DNA of 64,000 nt, taken from assembly GCA_951406725.2 (NCBI GenBank), contig OX597841.1, positions 8,246,001 through 8,310,000 of the forward strand. The letters are read 5' to 3'. Made by a program: the position numbers and the translations under genes. Position 1 is the first letter of the stretch. Every line of letters starts with the position of its first letter. Shown piece after piece: positions 30,480 to 44,238 of the stretch. This stretch comes from Octopus vulgaris (taxonomy: Eukaryota). The notes below the pieces were generated by a model that was not told where the DNA came from, ran no database searches, and saw only the letters and a list, made by a program, of their open reading frames with translations.

Positions 30480-32570
30480 TCATGTATTAAAGTGCTACAA
30501 ATAGTTTCCTGTTGAGAAAACTGAAACATAATCTTTGGGTGCAAACCACGTATCATAACAAACTAAAGAAATTGAATAATAGAAGAAACGCGAAAAAAAC
30601 TGAGAAGACAGCATGAAGAAAATGTAGAGAGAAAGAAGAGAAAATGGAAAACTAAAATGTCAAAAATAAAAAGTAAAAAGGTAAAAGAGTTATCCTCCTA
30701 AGACCTTAAATGATAAGGCTGGAAAGACATCAGAGTCGGTCAGGGGTAGGTGGAATTTTCCAATTTTTCAAAATATATTTATACATATGCACGCAACCAC
30801 TGAAAATTTCTGACCTGGAGTTCAATAGAGAGTTAGGGATCTCTGATCTGAACAGGATCTGCGCTCTTTCAGCCAAAGTCTATATTTATTGATCTGTTCA
30901 CATAAGATATGGATTTTTCAATTACCTTCCATTTAATCCCATGTGGCGTTTCGTTATCTTTCAAACTCCATACGTAGCTAGCCAACTTAGTAGCTTTACT
31001 TTCGTCCCTCTGTTGGAAGGAGCTGATGTGATTAGCAGAGCGATTTTTCAATTCACCTTCACATAATCCAATATAGGTCTTCCTATCGCTTGTATTATGA
31101 TTTCGGATTGTAGTGACTTCTGCCTATTCCTGACTGACTTCATATTGTTACGGGTTTAACTAGTGCAGCATTTCTGGTGACCCACTTAGGAATAATGGCA
31201 CCATCATGTCTGGTAAAAGTGTGACAGGTGCTTTGACTAATGGGCTTTGGAGGGACCTTTCTGGCCCTGTGCGGTCGATTGGAGGTCATTCTAAGCACCC
31301 CTTGAAGAAGTGAAGAGGAAGACAGATTAAGGGAATCTAAGAACAGATGGAGAGGGTAATAGATTGAGAATAGAGATAGAGTAAGGGATCAGAGAGCAAA
31401 TAGAGACAGGCAGAGAGTATGGTAGAGCTGTCAAGAGAGGGTAAGGGACAGCAGGCGATAGAGATAGACAGAAAGGGACCAGGGCAGTTAGAGAGGGTGT
31501 GAGCGGTACAGAGGGAGATGAGGGAGTGGAAGAAGGACAGAGACGAAGTGAGGTCTTGGCAGTCGTTGAGCGGTCGTCGAAGAACACAGATGGATCTTGC
31601 GGTCGCTGGCCGGTCCTCAAAGAAGACAGTCGGATTCTGGAGGTCAGAGCGAGTAGATGGAATCTTAGAAGCGTTGGAATTTTAGGAGCAAGTTGGATGC
31701 GAGAAAGCTTGGCGGCACAGAAGGGAATTAGCAGTATTCAGAGGATTTAGCAGTATTGAGAGGAATGGGACACTGGCAGATTCAATTAGGAATTGAGGTA
31801 TGTGTTGTGCATTGATATGTGTCATGGTGTATTGAACAGTGAAGAGAACAGTCAAGGACTCTGTCGATATGTCGATTATCGAGTTGTGGTATTTACGTTC
31901 AGAATTGAGTAAAGGACTTGTTGATGTGACTTTATCTGTGATGTTTAGGAAGAGACTTTAGAGAACTGTTGTCTTCGGACGTGAACTTTAAATTGTAATC
32001 TTGAATTGCTGTTGTATTATGCTTTGATCTGTTGTATGATGTATTGAGTAGTCACGTGCATGTCTTCCTTTAAATGTCTGCCTTAAAAGTAATTGTCATA
32101 TAAACTGTTGTTAAATATAAGTGCTGCCAGTGTCTCTGTTGCCTCTGCTTTTGGGTTGTATCTCTCGGGTTGTGCCTCTGTATCTCTGTGCTGCTGCGGT
32201 TGTGGTTGTTGTTGTATCTCTCCTCTCTCCTCTTTTGGGTTGCGTGGGGCGAACTTGTGAGTGTTCGGGCGAGCGACGACGGGTGATTCCGTAACAATAT
32301 CTTTCCAGCTTTATCATTTAAGCTCTAAGGTGGAGAGCTCTTTTACCTTTTCTGACCTTTTTACACTCTAGTTTCTGTTTTCCACTTTCCATTTTCTGTT
32401 TTTTGCTTTCCATTGTTTACTGTCTGCATTTTCTGCACGCTGCCTTAGTTTTTTTCGAGTTCCTTTAATTATTCAATTTCTTTAGTAATGATAATTGGTT
32501 TGTGCCTGAGGAATATTTTGGAGTTTTCTCAACACATGAAACTATTAGCAGCACTTAAAGGCATGTATTG
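30480..32570. mobile_element. Penelope-like relic with ~250-bp inverted ends and GIY-YIG fragment, interrupted by a solo-LTR-like insertion
   Basis: 30480-30730 is a diverged inverted copy of 32300-32570; 30869-31110 (-) reads KTYIGLCEGELKNRSANHISSF...LASYVWSLKD...IKWKVIEK. Confidence 0.7.
31146..32296. mobile_element. solo-LTR-like element
   Basis: TGTTACGG...CCGTAACA termini with ATAT on both sides; related to 38641-39711. Confidence 0.7.
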
Positions 32571-32831
32571 TGTCCTTTGAGTAAAAAGTATTCATCTCTC
32601 ACCAGATGGAGTACTTTTTTGTTGAATTTTCTATCACGGAACAGTACATTATATATACATATATATATGTGTGTATGTGTGTGTATATATAACCTTCTGT
32701 CTGTATTTATTCATGTGTATATATACATATTTCTTTTCTATATAATCATTTGTGTATGTATGTATATATATATATTTTTTATCTGTATATATATTTATGC
32801 GTATATATGTATTCTGTATTTATTTGTGCAG

Positions 32832-33039
32832 TCCATCAACCATGGCCCCTTTGATGGATGGATGCCTAGCAGGACATAGCTCAATGCGAGATGACCCAGA
32901 AGCAATGGACACATCTTCTGTTGCCCTCACTCTACCAAAACGGTCTCGATCACCAGCGATAGCAGCCAGCAGCAGGGTAGACAACCCATGCTCTCCACTT
33001 GACAGTCGAGGCCCTCGTCCCAATTACCGGCGGCACTGA
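32832..33039 (+). CDS. RPS6KB1: probable last coding exon of p70 S6 kinase
   Basis: TGCAG acceptor, phase-compatible with the previous exon (AG+T=Ser), open SP-rich tail to TGA; little recognisable homology. Confidence 0.75.
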
Positions 33040-33257
33040 CATTCATTCAATATAGGAAACACTTTTACTACAAACTCGTTGTTGTTCTTCTTCTTTTTTC
33101 TCTTGCCTTTTTTTTTGTTTTTTTTTTGTTTAATTCGATTCCTCTGACTCTTGAGATTTTTATTCATTTATATATACACCCACACGCACACATATGTATA
33201 TATGCATGCGTATGTATGCATTCTCTCTCTCTCTGTATATATATATATATATATATA

Positions 33258-34286
33258 CAAAAAGCAATAAAGATTCAAGTTAATTTTAATGAATTTACTT
33301 GAATATGGTACCTAACTTAGATGCACCAAAAAAACTATACTGATTTAACAATACAGTAATGTGGGGTGATTATAAGCGAGAATGAAGCAACAAGAATGGA
33401 TAGGTTTTTAGTACAATCGTTTCATACAAGGACAGGTTTTATTAAAAGTTGCAAAAATTACAGCATATAAACGTGTCCCGTACTCATCAGCTAAAATACA
33501 TGTGAGTTCTCTAGACATCCTAGTGGTTGAGGCTATACTCATGAAGTAATGTAGATAATTAAGTAACATAAACAGATTTCAAAAGTTCATTTAAGTTCTT
33601 TAAAGATGATGTACAGTCTTATCACAGAATTTTTAAAAAAGTCTTAATAGCATCACAGAGGAGGTGACCTAATCCATAGTGCACATATGAATTTCCAGAG
33701 ATATGATGAGGGATTACATACTCACAGAAGACAAATTTATCCATTGTTAATTACAACGAGGTGGGTTTCAATTCCTGCTTATTAGCATTACAGAGAGGGT
33801 GAATTAATCCTTTGTATAAATGCACAATTTCCAATGGTGTAGATGTAAATTTCCAGGAATTTCATATTCACAGGCGATAAATTTATCAATGGTTGAACAC
33901 AATGAGGTAGGTATCAATTCTTGTTATATGATTAGGTATTTGCCACATTAATCACATTACATTCTTCTGTATAACTAGAACCCTCTTTTTTTTCTTTTTC
34001 TTTCTTCTTTCCTCTTTTTTCTTTTTTCCCTTCCTTTCCTATTTCTTTCTCTTTTCTCTTTTTTCTTTTTCTTCTTCTTATTCTCTTTTTCCTTTTCTCT
34101 TCTCTTTGAGTCCCCCTTCCCCCCCCCTTTTGCTCCCTCCTCCTTTACTTTCTCTCTGTTCTTCTATTCCCTTCCCTTTTCTATTCTATACAGCTCTAGA
34201 AAGCCCTTCAGCCTTTAAAAGTTAAATAGCTACGGCCTCTTGTAAATAGCAGTAATGTGATTAATGTGGCAAATACCTAATTCTGA
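33258..34286 (-). mobile_element. non-autonomous Penelope-like insertion carrying a hammerhead motif
   Basis: Flanked by a ~97-bp direct duplication; internal 30-bp inverted repeat (33931-33960 vs 34252-34281); hammerhead core on the minus strand. Confidence 0.65.
33405..33497 (-). ncRNA. type I hammerhead ribozyme motif with long stem II
   Basis: Minus strand: ttttag CTGATGA gtacgggaca...tgtccttgtat GAAA cgattg TA ctaaaa; stems I, II and III can pair. Confidence 0.65.
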
Positions 34287-34382
34287 CTCTGACTCTTGAG
34301 ATTTTTATTCATTTATATATACACCCACACGCACACATATGTATATATGCATGCGTATGTATGCATTCTCTCTCTCTCTGTA

Positions 34383-34431
<49 letters not shown>

Positions 34432-35339
34432 ATATATGTAGTGAGTGGAGGAACATGGCTCAGTGGGTAAGGTATTCAGTTAATGATCAGAAGCTCATGA
34501 GTTCAATCTTCACTGGCACGTCCTTGAGCAAGACACTTTATTTCACATTGGCAAAAATGAGTTGTACTCACAATTCAAAATGGCCAGCCTTGTCACATTC
34601 TGTGTCACTCTGAACTTTGCTGATAACTGTGCTAAGAGTAAACATGTCTGTGGTGCACTCAGCCACTTGCATGTCAATTTCACGTGCAGTCCGTTCCGTT
34701 GATTGGATTACCTGGATCCGTTTTTGTAACTAACAGAGTCCCAAGAACCCACTACACTCTCGGAGTGGTTGGCATTAGGAAGGGCATCAAGCTGTAGAAA
34801 CACTGCCAGATCAGACTGGAGCCTGGGGCAGCCTCCTGGCTTCCCAGACCCCGTTGAACCGTCCAACCCATGCCAGCATGGAAAACGGACATTAAACGAT
34901 GATGATGATGTTATATGTATGTAAGTATATCTTGTATTTAGAGCTGAGGCTATGTGGGTGAGAAGTCCGCTTCCTAACCATGTGGTTTCAGGTTCAGTCC
35001 CACCGCATGGTACCTTACAGCAAAGGCCTGCTACAATATCCCTGGGGCAATCAGTGATTCATCAGTGGATTTGGTAGATGAAAACTGAAAGAGGCCACAC
35101 ACACACGTGTTTGTGTGTGCATGAAAGAGGATTTCTGTCTGCTTATGTGTATATAAATGTGTGTGTGTGCTAACGTATGCATTATGGAGAAGGAAAACAG
35201 AAGGAAGAAAAAGAAATGAGAAAGTGATTAAGGGAAAGAAGGAGGGAGAGAGTTGTGCGTGAATGTGGCTGTTGCATGCATGTGCAGGTCTGTGCATATA
35301 ATCTCATTCATGTGAATGTGTGTGAGGAAGGTATGGGCA

Positions 35340-35371
<32 letters not shown>

Positions 35372-37479
35372 CTGTCTGACATATATATGATGTGTGTGTG
35401 TGAATGTCACGGGGTGGAGACATGTTGTATGGGGAGCAGTCCCAAGAAGGTGTGTGGTGAGTTGAGACCAAATGGTGTACGAGTCAGTAGTGAGAAGATG
35501 AAACATTGTGCCATGCGAAATCTAGGAGCTAAGGATCTGTTGAGCAACATTAAGCTGAACATTCAGGTGTTGTGTAAAGTGGTTCGCTGAGCAGAGATGA
35601 CAGGAAAGGAGTGTTTGTTTCTAGAGATGGATATCTTATAAGTATTTGGTGAATCGATCCACTAGACAATGACGACCGGTTTGGGCAGTGTATAAAGCCC
35701 CACAAGGAGTGCATTTGATGCAGTAGATGACATTCGTGATGGTGGAGGAGAAAGAGTTAAGGATGCCTTTACTTAGATATGTGTATAAGAGCGAGGTGCT
35801 GAGAAGGTCCTGGATTTAAGGGTATCGGGGAAGGACTGGTTGGTGGCCCAACCTTCCAAGTATTTTTACAGGGATTAGGAAAACAAAAAGGGAATATGTT
35901 CAATGAAATCGTCCTCTTGTATTTTGTTTTACCGAAAACAAGGAACTTTACGCCTTCCAACATGTGTGTGTATGTGTGTAGCTATATCTACATCTGCCTC
36001 TCTTTCTCTGTGTGTATATATATATATATATATATAGACACGTGTGTGTGTGTGTGTACTTTTGCACATGTTTCAATGCAAATCCATGCACCGAGACATG
36101 CATACAGGAGTGTATACACACATGAATGCACATGTATAAAGATGTACAAATGTTGACAAAAATATCTGCAGATAGCTTTAGACATATGTAAGCACACACA
36201 CACACCAACATATATGTAAATTCATATGAAAACATGTCCTTCTGTGCTTCTTGGTTTTACATCCAGCTTTTCTACGTTAGCATGGGTCAGGTGGATATAT
36301 TATTGAGTCACCGTTTTACACCTGGATGGCCTTTCTATTGTTACCTGGTTTTTAATAAATGGATCGGTTATTCCATGCACCTTTGAAGGTGCCAGCAGAT
36401 GGTTTGTTGAAGTAAACGACTCTTTGGGAAATACATATATATGCATATTTACACAGGTAAGAACCACCCATTACACTCCAGGAGTGGTGAGCATTAGGAA
36501 GGGCATCCAGCTGTAGAATCCATGCCAAATCAGACTGGAACCTGGTGAAGCCCTCCAGCTTACCATTTCCTGTCAGACCATTTAACCCATGCCAGCCAAA
36601 TGATGATGATGATGATAGAAGCTAAGAAAAATCGTGACCATCCATACATACAGGCTGTCCTTTATGTCCATGCCCCCCCACGCCCTCTCCATCTCGATGA
36701 GTCTTTGTCTTGCGGGTGCCAGTGCCACATAAAATGCATATTGCCAGAGGCACATAAGGAGCACCAGTAAAGTGGTTGGCGTCATACAGCCATAGAAACC
36801 ATGCCAAAAGAAACAATTGGGGCCTGACCAGCTCCTGTCCAAACTTCCAGCCATGCCAGCATGGAAAGCATGTTAAACGACGACAGAGGAGGAAGAACAT
36901 GTGTATGGACGTGTGAATATAACTACAAACACCTACAATAAGCCTAAAATGTGGTTGTCAGTGAATGTTGGGGGTGAGAACATAGATTGTTCAAGTGAAA
37001 CATTAATCATTAGCTAGTTTTATGCGTCAATCAGAAGAATGTGGTTGTTTTACTCGTAAGGTAAGGAATAAAGTATAATGAGTTATTGGTGATTGAGATG
37101 GAACACAACTGACTGTTTGTAAAACTATGAACATAAAACAGGTAAGTATATATGGGTTAAGGAACAATGTTTCTTCCATTGAGAAGCACTTAGTGAAATG
37201 CCACAATCAAGACATCCAGGTTTCGATTGAAATTACAGAAAGAAACATTGGGAACCCGAGAATAAAAGAAGCTATTTTAATTAACAAGTACAACCCAAAT
37301 ATTGGTTTCAAATTTTGGCACAAGGCCAGCAATTTCTGAGGAGGTTATAAGTCAATTACATCGACCCCAAAGATTTACCAAAGAATTTTGTAAATTCAAC
37401 TACTTTTTACTCATACATACACACACATATATAATTATATATAAATGCTTTAAATATTCCTTTTAATGCCAAAAGCTGT

Positions 37480-37810
37480 GTCCTCAAAGGCGTTGTGAGT
37501 TATCTCCACAACTGAGAAGTTACTCTTCAGCTTCTCCTTATATCTGAGCCATGGTCAACCAACATTCTGTGCCACTATCTCAGCTGGCTGTAAATGAAAA
37601 CCTTGGGTATTCTTTCGTCATTCATTTTGAGGATATGCCCAGCCCAGCACAACTGCGAATGCTTAAGGAGGCTCTCGATTCTACCAATCTTACACTTGCT
37701 AAACAAATCAACATTATATATCTCTATACATCTGCCAAACACCTTACAAGCAACAACATGCCAATTCAAACCGAACATATTTAGTGAGGTATCTTCTTTA
37801 AAACAAGACA
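37480..37810 (-). mobile_element. RTE/BovB-like LINE fragment
   Basis: IESLLKHSQLCWAGHILKMNDERIPKVFIYSQL. Confidence 0.7.
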
Positions 37811-37952
37811 CCTGATAAGATGCATCTGCACCAGGGGATGCAACACAACCGGTTGTAAAGTATTCCACTAAGAAAGGACCAATCCAAGATGGTTCCTTTT
37901 TCCCTCAGACATATATATACATACACACGCACACACACATATATATATATAT

Positions 37953-38157
37953 TCTTTTACTAGTTTCAGTCATTTGACTGCAGCCATACTAGAGTACGAC
38001 CTTTAGTCAAACAAGTCGACTCCAAGATTTATTCGTTGTAAGCCTAGTAATTATTCTATTGAACTTTCTTACCAAACCGCTAATTATGGGGACATAAACA
38101 CACCACCATCAGTTGTCAAGTGATGATGGGGTGATAAACACTCACACACACAAATAC

Positions 38158-38241
<84 letters not shown>

Positions 38242-38409
38242 TTACGATGGTTTTCTTTCAGTTTCCATCTATGAAATCCACACACAAAGCTTTGATTGGC
38301 CCAAGGCTATAGTAGAAGACACTTGCCCAATGGTGCTATGCAGTGGGACTGAACCCGGAACCATGTGGTTGAGAAGCAAACTTCTTACCACTCAGCCACT
38401 TCTGTGCCT
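37953..38409 (-). mobile_element. CORE-like SINE with expanded internal TA tract
   Basis: Reverse complement of the 25463-25830 family. Confidence 0.75.
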
Positions 38410-38574
38410 ATATATATATATATAAATAAGAAAATGGAGGAACAAATTCATTTCGATCATCAACTTACGGATATTACAATTTCATATTATTTATTAATTA
38501 TACAAATAGGAACATGAAAATGGAACAAAACAATATACATCAATATGCAAATTAATAATAAAATATATGTAAAT

Positions 38575-38640
<66 letters not shown>

Positions 38641-39711
38641 TGTTATGGACCTCCGAAAGTTGCTACGGAATCCCACCTGCCGTCGCTCGAACTCGAACCC
38701 GGGATCCCAACAAGTCAAGCGACGACGATTGACCAGGCTCGATCGATCAGCGAAAGTTCGCCACGGAACTCAGAGAGGAGAGAGATAACAACAACAACAA
38801 CAGCAGCAGGAAGAGACACAGAGGCAATCGGCTTACATTTAACCTACTAGTTTATATGACTATTACAACAAATACAATGTGATACATCAGGTAGATACAA
38901 GCAACAGAATCAACAGCATGCAGATGCAATATAACAACTGCATTTAAAGAAAACACATGCAAGAAACAGGTATACAACAGATCGAAGCATTTAAACATGC
39001 AGATACAATATACACGTCGAATCAAACAAATCAATACATTATACAATGTTCATAGACAAATAATTCACGTTACAATTAACGTACACATTAACGATACGGT
39101 TTATAGTTCTTTTCTTGTCTTTTTCCTTCTTTTTTTGTAACGCGTATCAATGCAATTCAATTGTTCCTTATGACACATCAACAAGTCCTTTACTCACTTC
39201 TGTAACAGTTCGTTATAATCTCTTTACATAATTCACATATCAACATACAATTAAACACATACCGTCCAACAGCCAATGCCTCACACTGTAGTCCATCTCT
39301 ATTAGCTGTTTAATCCTATGTGTATATCCTCCTCAACCCCTCATCCTCTCACTGTCTCCTGTCGTTCTCAACACTGTCCTGTCACTATCTCGCCTGTCAT
39401 CTCTCATGACTGTGTGTCTGTCTTTCTCTGCGCTTCCCTCTCGCATCTTACTACCCCAATCTCTCGGATGGAACTCTCAACTGCCTTTTCATCTCTCACA
39501 GCAGAAACAACTTGCTCTGTCCTCGACTTCCGGCCGACTGTGTTTACAGCTCAAAGTTCCTCCCTTTTAAGGGGTATTTACAACGAACTCTCCCTGACCG
39601 GCACAAGGCCAAAGGTCCCCTAAAAGCTCATTACTCCTTCGTGAATCCGACAGAACAATCGGTTTATCCCAAAGTAGGTCGCAACCAACTGTCCTTAAGT
39701 TGAACTCAACA
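38641..39711. mobile_element. solo-LTR-like element
   Basis: TGTT...AACA ends within TA repeats; shares blocks (gagaggagagagat..acaacaac, acatcaacaagtcctttactca) with the reverse strand of 31146-32296. Confidence 0.6.
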
Positions 39712-39834
39712 ATATATATGTGTATATATGTGTATATGTGTATATATATATATATATGTGTGTGTATATGTATATAAATATGTGTATATATGTATATATA
39801 TATTTATATGTATATATATATTTATATTTATATT

Positions 39835-41028
39835 CGTTTTTCTTGTTTCAGCTCAGAGCTGATGCACCGCTGTTTTATGCTACACTGTTATTACGAAGAG
39901 CCTCCTCTAATATGTCGCACTTGGTGAAGAATGGAGTTTGATACAGCTACTCTCATTTGCACCTCTTGCCGTGAGGTAGGTTCATCTGGGACTCTCGACA
40001 GGTAGCTGTCCAGCTTTGATTTAAAACCCACTACATCTACTTTGTGTAAGTTCCTCAGACTCTTTGAGAGAATATTAAAAAGCTGTGGGCCCTTGAAACC
40101 CAGGCTATTGCAGAAGCTGGTCCTGAAGCGTGATGGCATTGCTGGGATCTTTGGCACTATGCTTTGTCGTCCCGTTCTAGCAAAGGTGTAGCTTATAATG
40201 CCAAATTTTGGCACAATTCCTTCCAGGATCTTCCGGATATATATTACTGCATACCTCTCCCGTCTTCTCTCCAGGGGTAGAGTCTTAGCTGTTTCAACCT
40301 TTCCCAGTATCTGAGCTGTTACAAAGAGACGATCTTCTTCGTGAATCTCCTCTGGATTGCTTCAAGGTCCACTGTTAATTTCACACTGGTTGCTGACCAT
40401 AGCTGTGAGCAGTAATCCAGGCTGCTGAGGACGAATGTCCGCCAGAGGACCATCATGGTTTCCTTATCTCTGGTTCTGAATGTTCTTAGGATCCATCCAG
40501 CCAGTCGTCTGCACTTTGTCGCCATCCTGGTAATGAGCACTTGGAAAGAGGTATCCTCACTCATGTCGATACCCAGGTCCCTCACAGACTTAGGCTCTGG
40601 GATTGAAATTCCCTGTGGACCGGTGTCTCCTGTAAGTTTAATATTCAGTTTTGGATTCTGGTAGTGCAGGCCTGGAATTTTTCAGTATTAAACTGCATAT
40701 TATTATCCTCAGCCCATCTGTAGATTGAGTCCAACTCCTGCTGCAGGTGTGCAACATCGCTGGGGTTCTGTATTTTCTGCGAGACTTTCGTATCGTCTGC
40801 ATAGCTTGCCAGAGTGGCTATCCGGGCATTTGAGTGCATATCTGAGAGGGCCACTATAAAAAGCAGTGGTCCCAAGACAGTGCCCTGTGGAACACCACTC
40901 ACTATTTGTGTGTTCATTGAGGTGGCTCCATTAACCACTACTGCCTGACTCCTATCTTTCAGGAAGTCATGTAACCACACTCCAAGTTTTCCAGCTATGC
41001 CGAGGTCACAAAGTTTGTGGCATATCAT
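39835..41028 (-). mobile_element. 5'-truncated degenerate CR1-type LINE
   Basis: SGVPQGTVLGPLLF...YADD RT motifs with frameshifts; paralogous to 47692-49455. Confidence 0.9.
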
Positions 41029-41029
41029 A

Positions 41030-43031
41030 TGGTTCTCTTACGTGCCACCGGCACTGGTATCACCGCTACAATTTCTATTGATGTTGATCGATTTTGATTT
41101 TGATTTTCACTTGCTTCAACAGGTCTTCACAAGTAGAGTTTTGTGTCCCAAGAAGGAAAGGTATGCATAAGTGGACTGAGGCAATGGGTTATGGTCTCAC
41201 TTGTCCTGCCGGGGCTTCTCACGCACAGCATACTTCCAAAGGTCTCTAGTCATTTCCTCGGTGAGACCTAAAGTTCGAAGGTCGTGCTTCACCACCTTAT
41301 CCCAGGATTTCCCAGGTTTACCTCTTCCACAGGTTCCCTCAACCGCTAGGGTGTGGCACTTTTTCACACAACTATCTTCATCCATTCTCACCACATGACC
41401 ATACCAGCGCAAACGTCTCTCTTGCACACCACAACTGATGCTTCTTAGGTCCAGCTTTTCTCTCAAGGTACTTACACTCTGTCGAGTATGAACACTGACA
41501 TTACATATCCATTGGAGCATACTGGTTTCATTTCTTGCAAGCTTACGCATATCCTCAGCAGTCACGGCCCGTGTTTCACTGCCATGTAGCATGGCTGTTT
41601 GTACACATGCGTCATACAGTCTGCCTTTTACTCTGAGCGAGAGGCCTTTTGTCCCTAGCGGAGGTAAGAGCTCCCTGAACTTTGCCCAGGCTATTCTTAC
41701 TCTAGCAGTTACACTTTCAATACACCGCCACCTCTACTGACTTGGTCACCTAGGTAACAGAAGCTATCAACTATTTCTAGTTTTTTCCCTGGAATGTGGC
41801 GGAAAATGGTCTCTGCGTATTTTCAGTGTTTATTGCTCCAGAGCATCTGCCACATACAAAAACTATTTTCCGAGTTAGCCTTCCCTTGACGTTGCTGCAC
41901 CTCTTATGTGTCCATAGCTTACACTTGGTGCATCTTATAGAGTTTCTACCTACGCCTTTTCTACAGATCGAGCAGGGCCATCTACCTGAAAGCGTTTGTG
42001 ACTTGTCTACCTTACCTACTTATTAGGACTTTGGTTTTAGCTAGGTTGACTCTAAGGCCTTTCAATTCTAATACTTGCTTCCACACCTGAAACTTCTCCT
42101 CCAGTTCTGATAGTGACTCAGCAATTAGAGCAAGGTCATCAGCATAGAGGAGCTCCCAGGGGCATCCTGTCTTGAATTCCTCCGTTATTGCTTGGAGGAC
42201 TATGATAAATAGGAGGGGCCTGAGTACTGAAACTTGGTGAACCCCAACCTCTACTCGGAATTCTTCACTGTACTCGTTGCCAACCCTCACCTTACTAGCA
42301 GCGTCCCTGTACATGGCTTTCACAGCTCTCACTAACCATTCATCTATCCCTAGTTTCCCCATTGACCACCAGATAAGGGATCGGGGGACCCTGTCGAAGG
42401 CTTTCTCCATGTCAACGAAAGCCAGGTACAGGGGCTTATCTTTGGCTAGATATTTCTCCTGCAGCTGTCTTACTAGGAATATGGCATTAGTGGTGCTTTT
42501 CCCTGGCATGAATCCAAACTGCATCTCATCTAAACTAACTCTCTCTCTAATTAGTTGGGCTATGACCCTCTCCGTAACCTTCATTACTTGATCCAACAGC
42601 TTGATACCTCTGTAATTATTTGTATCTAGGGTGTCACCTTTACCTTTGTAGCAGTTGACTATTATGCTGCTACACCAGTCATTGGATATGACTCCTTCGT
42701 GTATCACCTGGTTAACTATACGGGTGACTAGGCTATAGCCGACACTACCAGATATGTTGAGCATCTCTGCAGTACCTCCTGATGGGCCTGGGGCTTTCTT
42801 TGTCTTCATGCTACAAATTGCCTTAACTACCAAGGAACTGTCAACTTGGATATCTGGTCCCTCTGTTGGGTCGACATTCGGCAGACTCTCTTTATCCCAT
42901 TCATTTTCTTTATTCAGCAACCTTTCATAGTGGCGTCTCCAAGCCTCTCTCCTTGCATCCTCGTTTAGCGCTAGTGAACCATCATCCATGCGAACACATT
43001 TCTCTCCTACCACATCACGATTCTCTCTCAC
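41030..43031 (-). mobile_element. 5'-truncated RTE-clade LINE (RT with PHD-like insert, frameshifted)
   Basis: 339-aa ORF with NYRGIKLL, QFGF, AFVDMEKAFD and LLYADDL; downstream LRWYGHVVRM...GRGKP C-terminus and 3'UTR. Confidence 0.92.
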
Positions 43032-43083
43032 ACACTGTCTTGCAACATATATGTATATATATAAATATATTTATATGTGTATA

Positions 43084-43503
<420 letters not shown>

Positions 43504-44038
43504 GTTTAAATATTTGTTGTGCAAGATTTTTTATGTGAAGTCGTGTGTTGAAACAGATATTGTTATATTTCGGAATGGTCATATTGCCAGTTTAGCCAAT
43601 AAAAACACACGCACTATATATTTGGTGTTATTTTGCTTCAGTGATATTTATTATTTACATTAATCTTAATCTTATTTCGGCCAAAGTTCTTTCGTCACAC
43701 TCCTGTGACCGCATCAGTGGTCCTTTGTTTTCTTCTCACTTACTTGTGTCTCTCCTTACTAACCGTCAGCCATTTTGTATTTCTATTGTATGTCTTCATT
43801 TGCGCATGCTTATATCTCTATGTGCGTCTATGTTTATTTAGTGTGTGTGTGGGGGGGATGCCTGTAATATTTGTATCTTCTGGTTATATACATTCTTGTA
43901 ATTTGTATTTTGTTTTTGTTGTTGTTGCTTTTGTTCTAATTTTGTTCATGTGTTTACATCCACCCATTATTATCATTACATATGCTTGTATGTATGTATA
44001 ACTACAATATTAGTAACAATAATAATAAATCTAATCGA

Positions 44039-44157
<119 letters not shown>

Positions 44158-44238
44158 CATACATATATATAGTTACACATTCATTTAATATTTCTTTAAT
44201 TATCTGTGTATTTATTATGTTTGCAGGATCCACTATCG

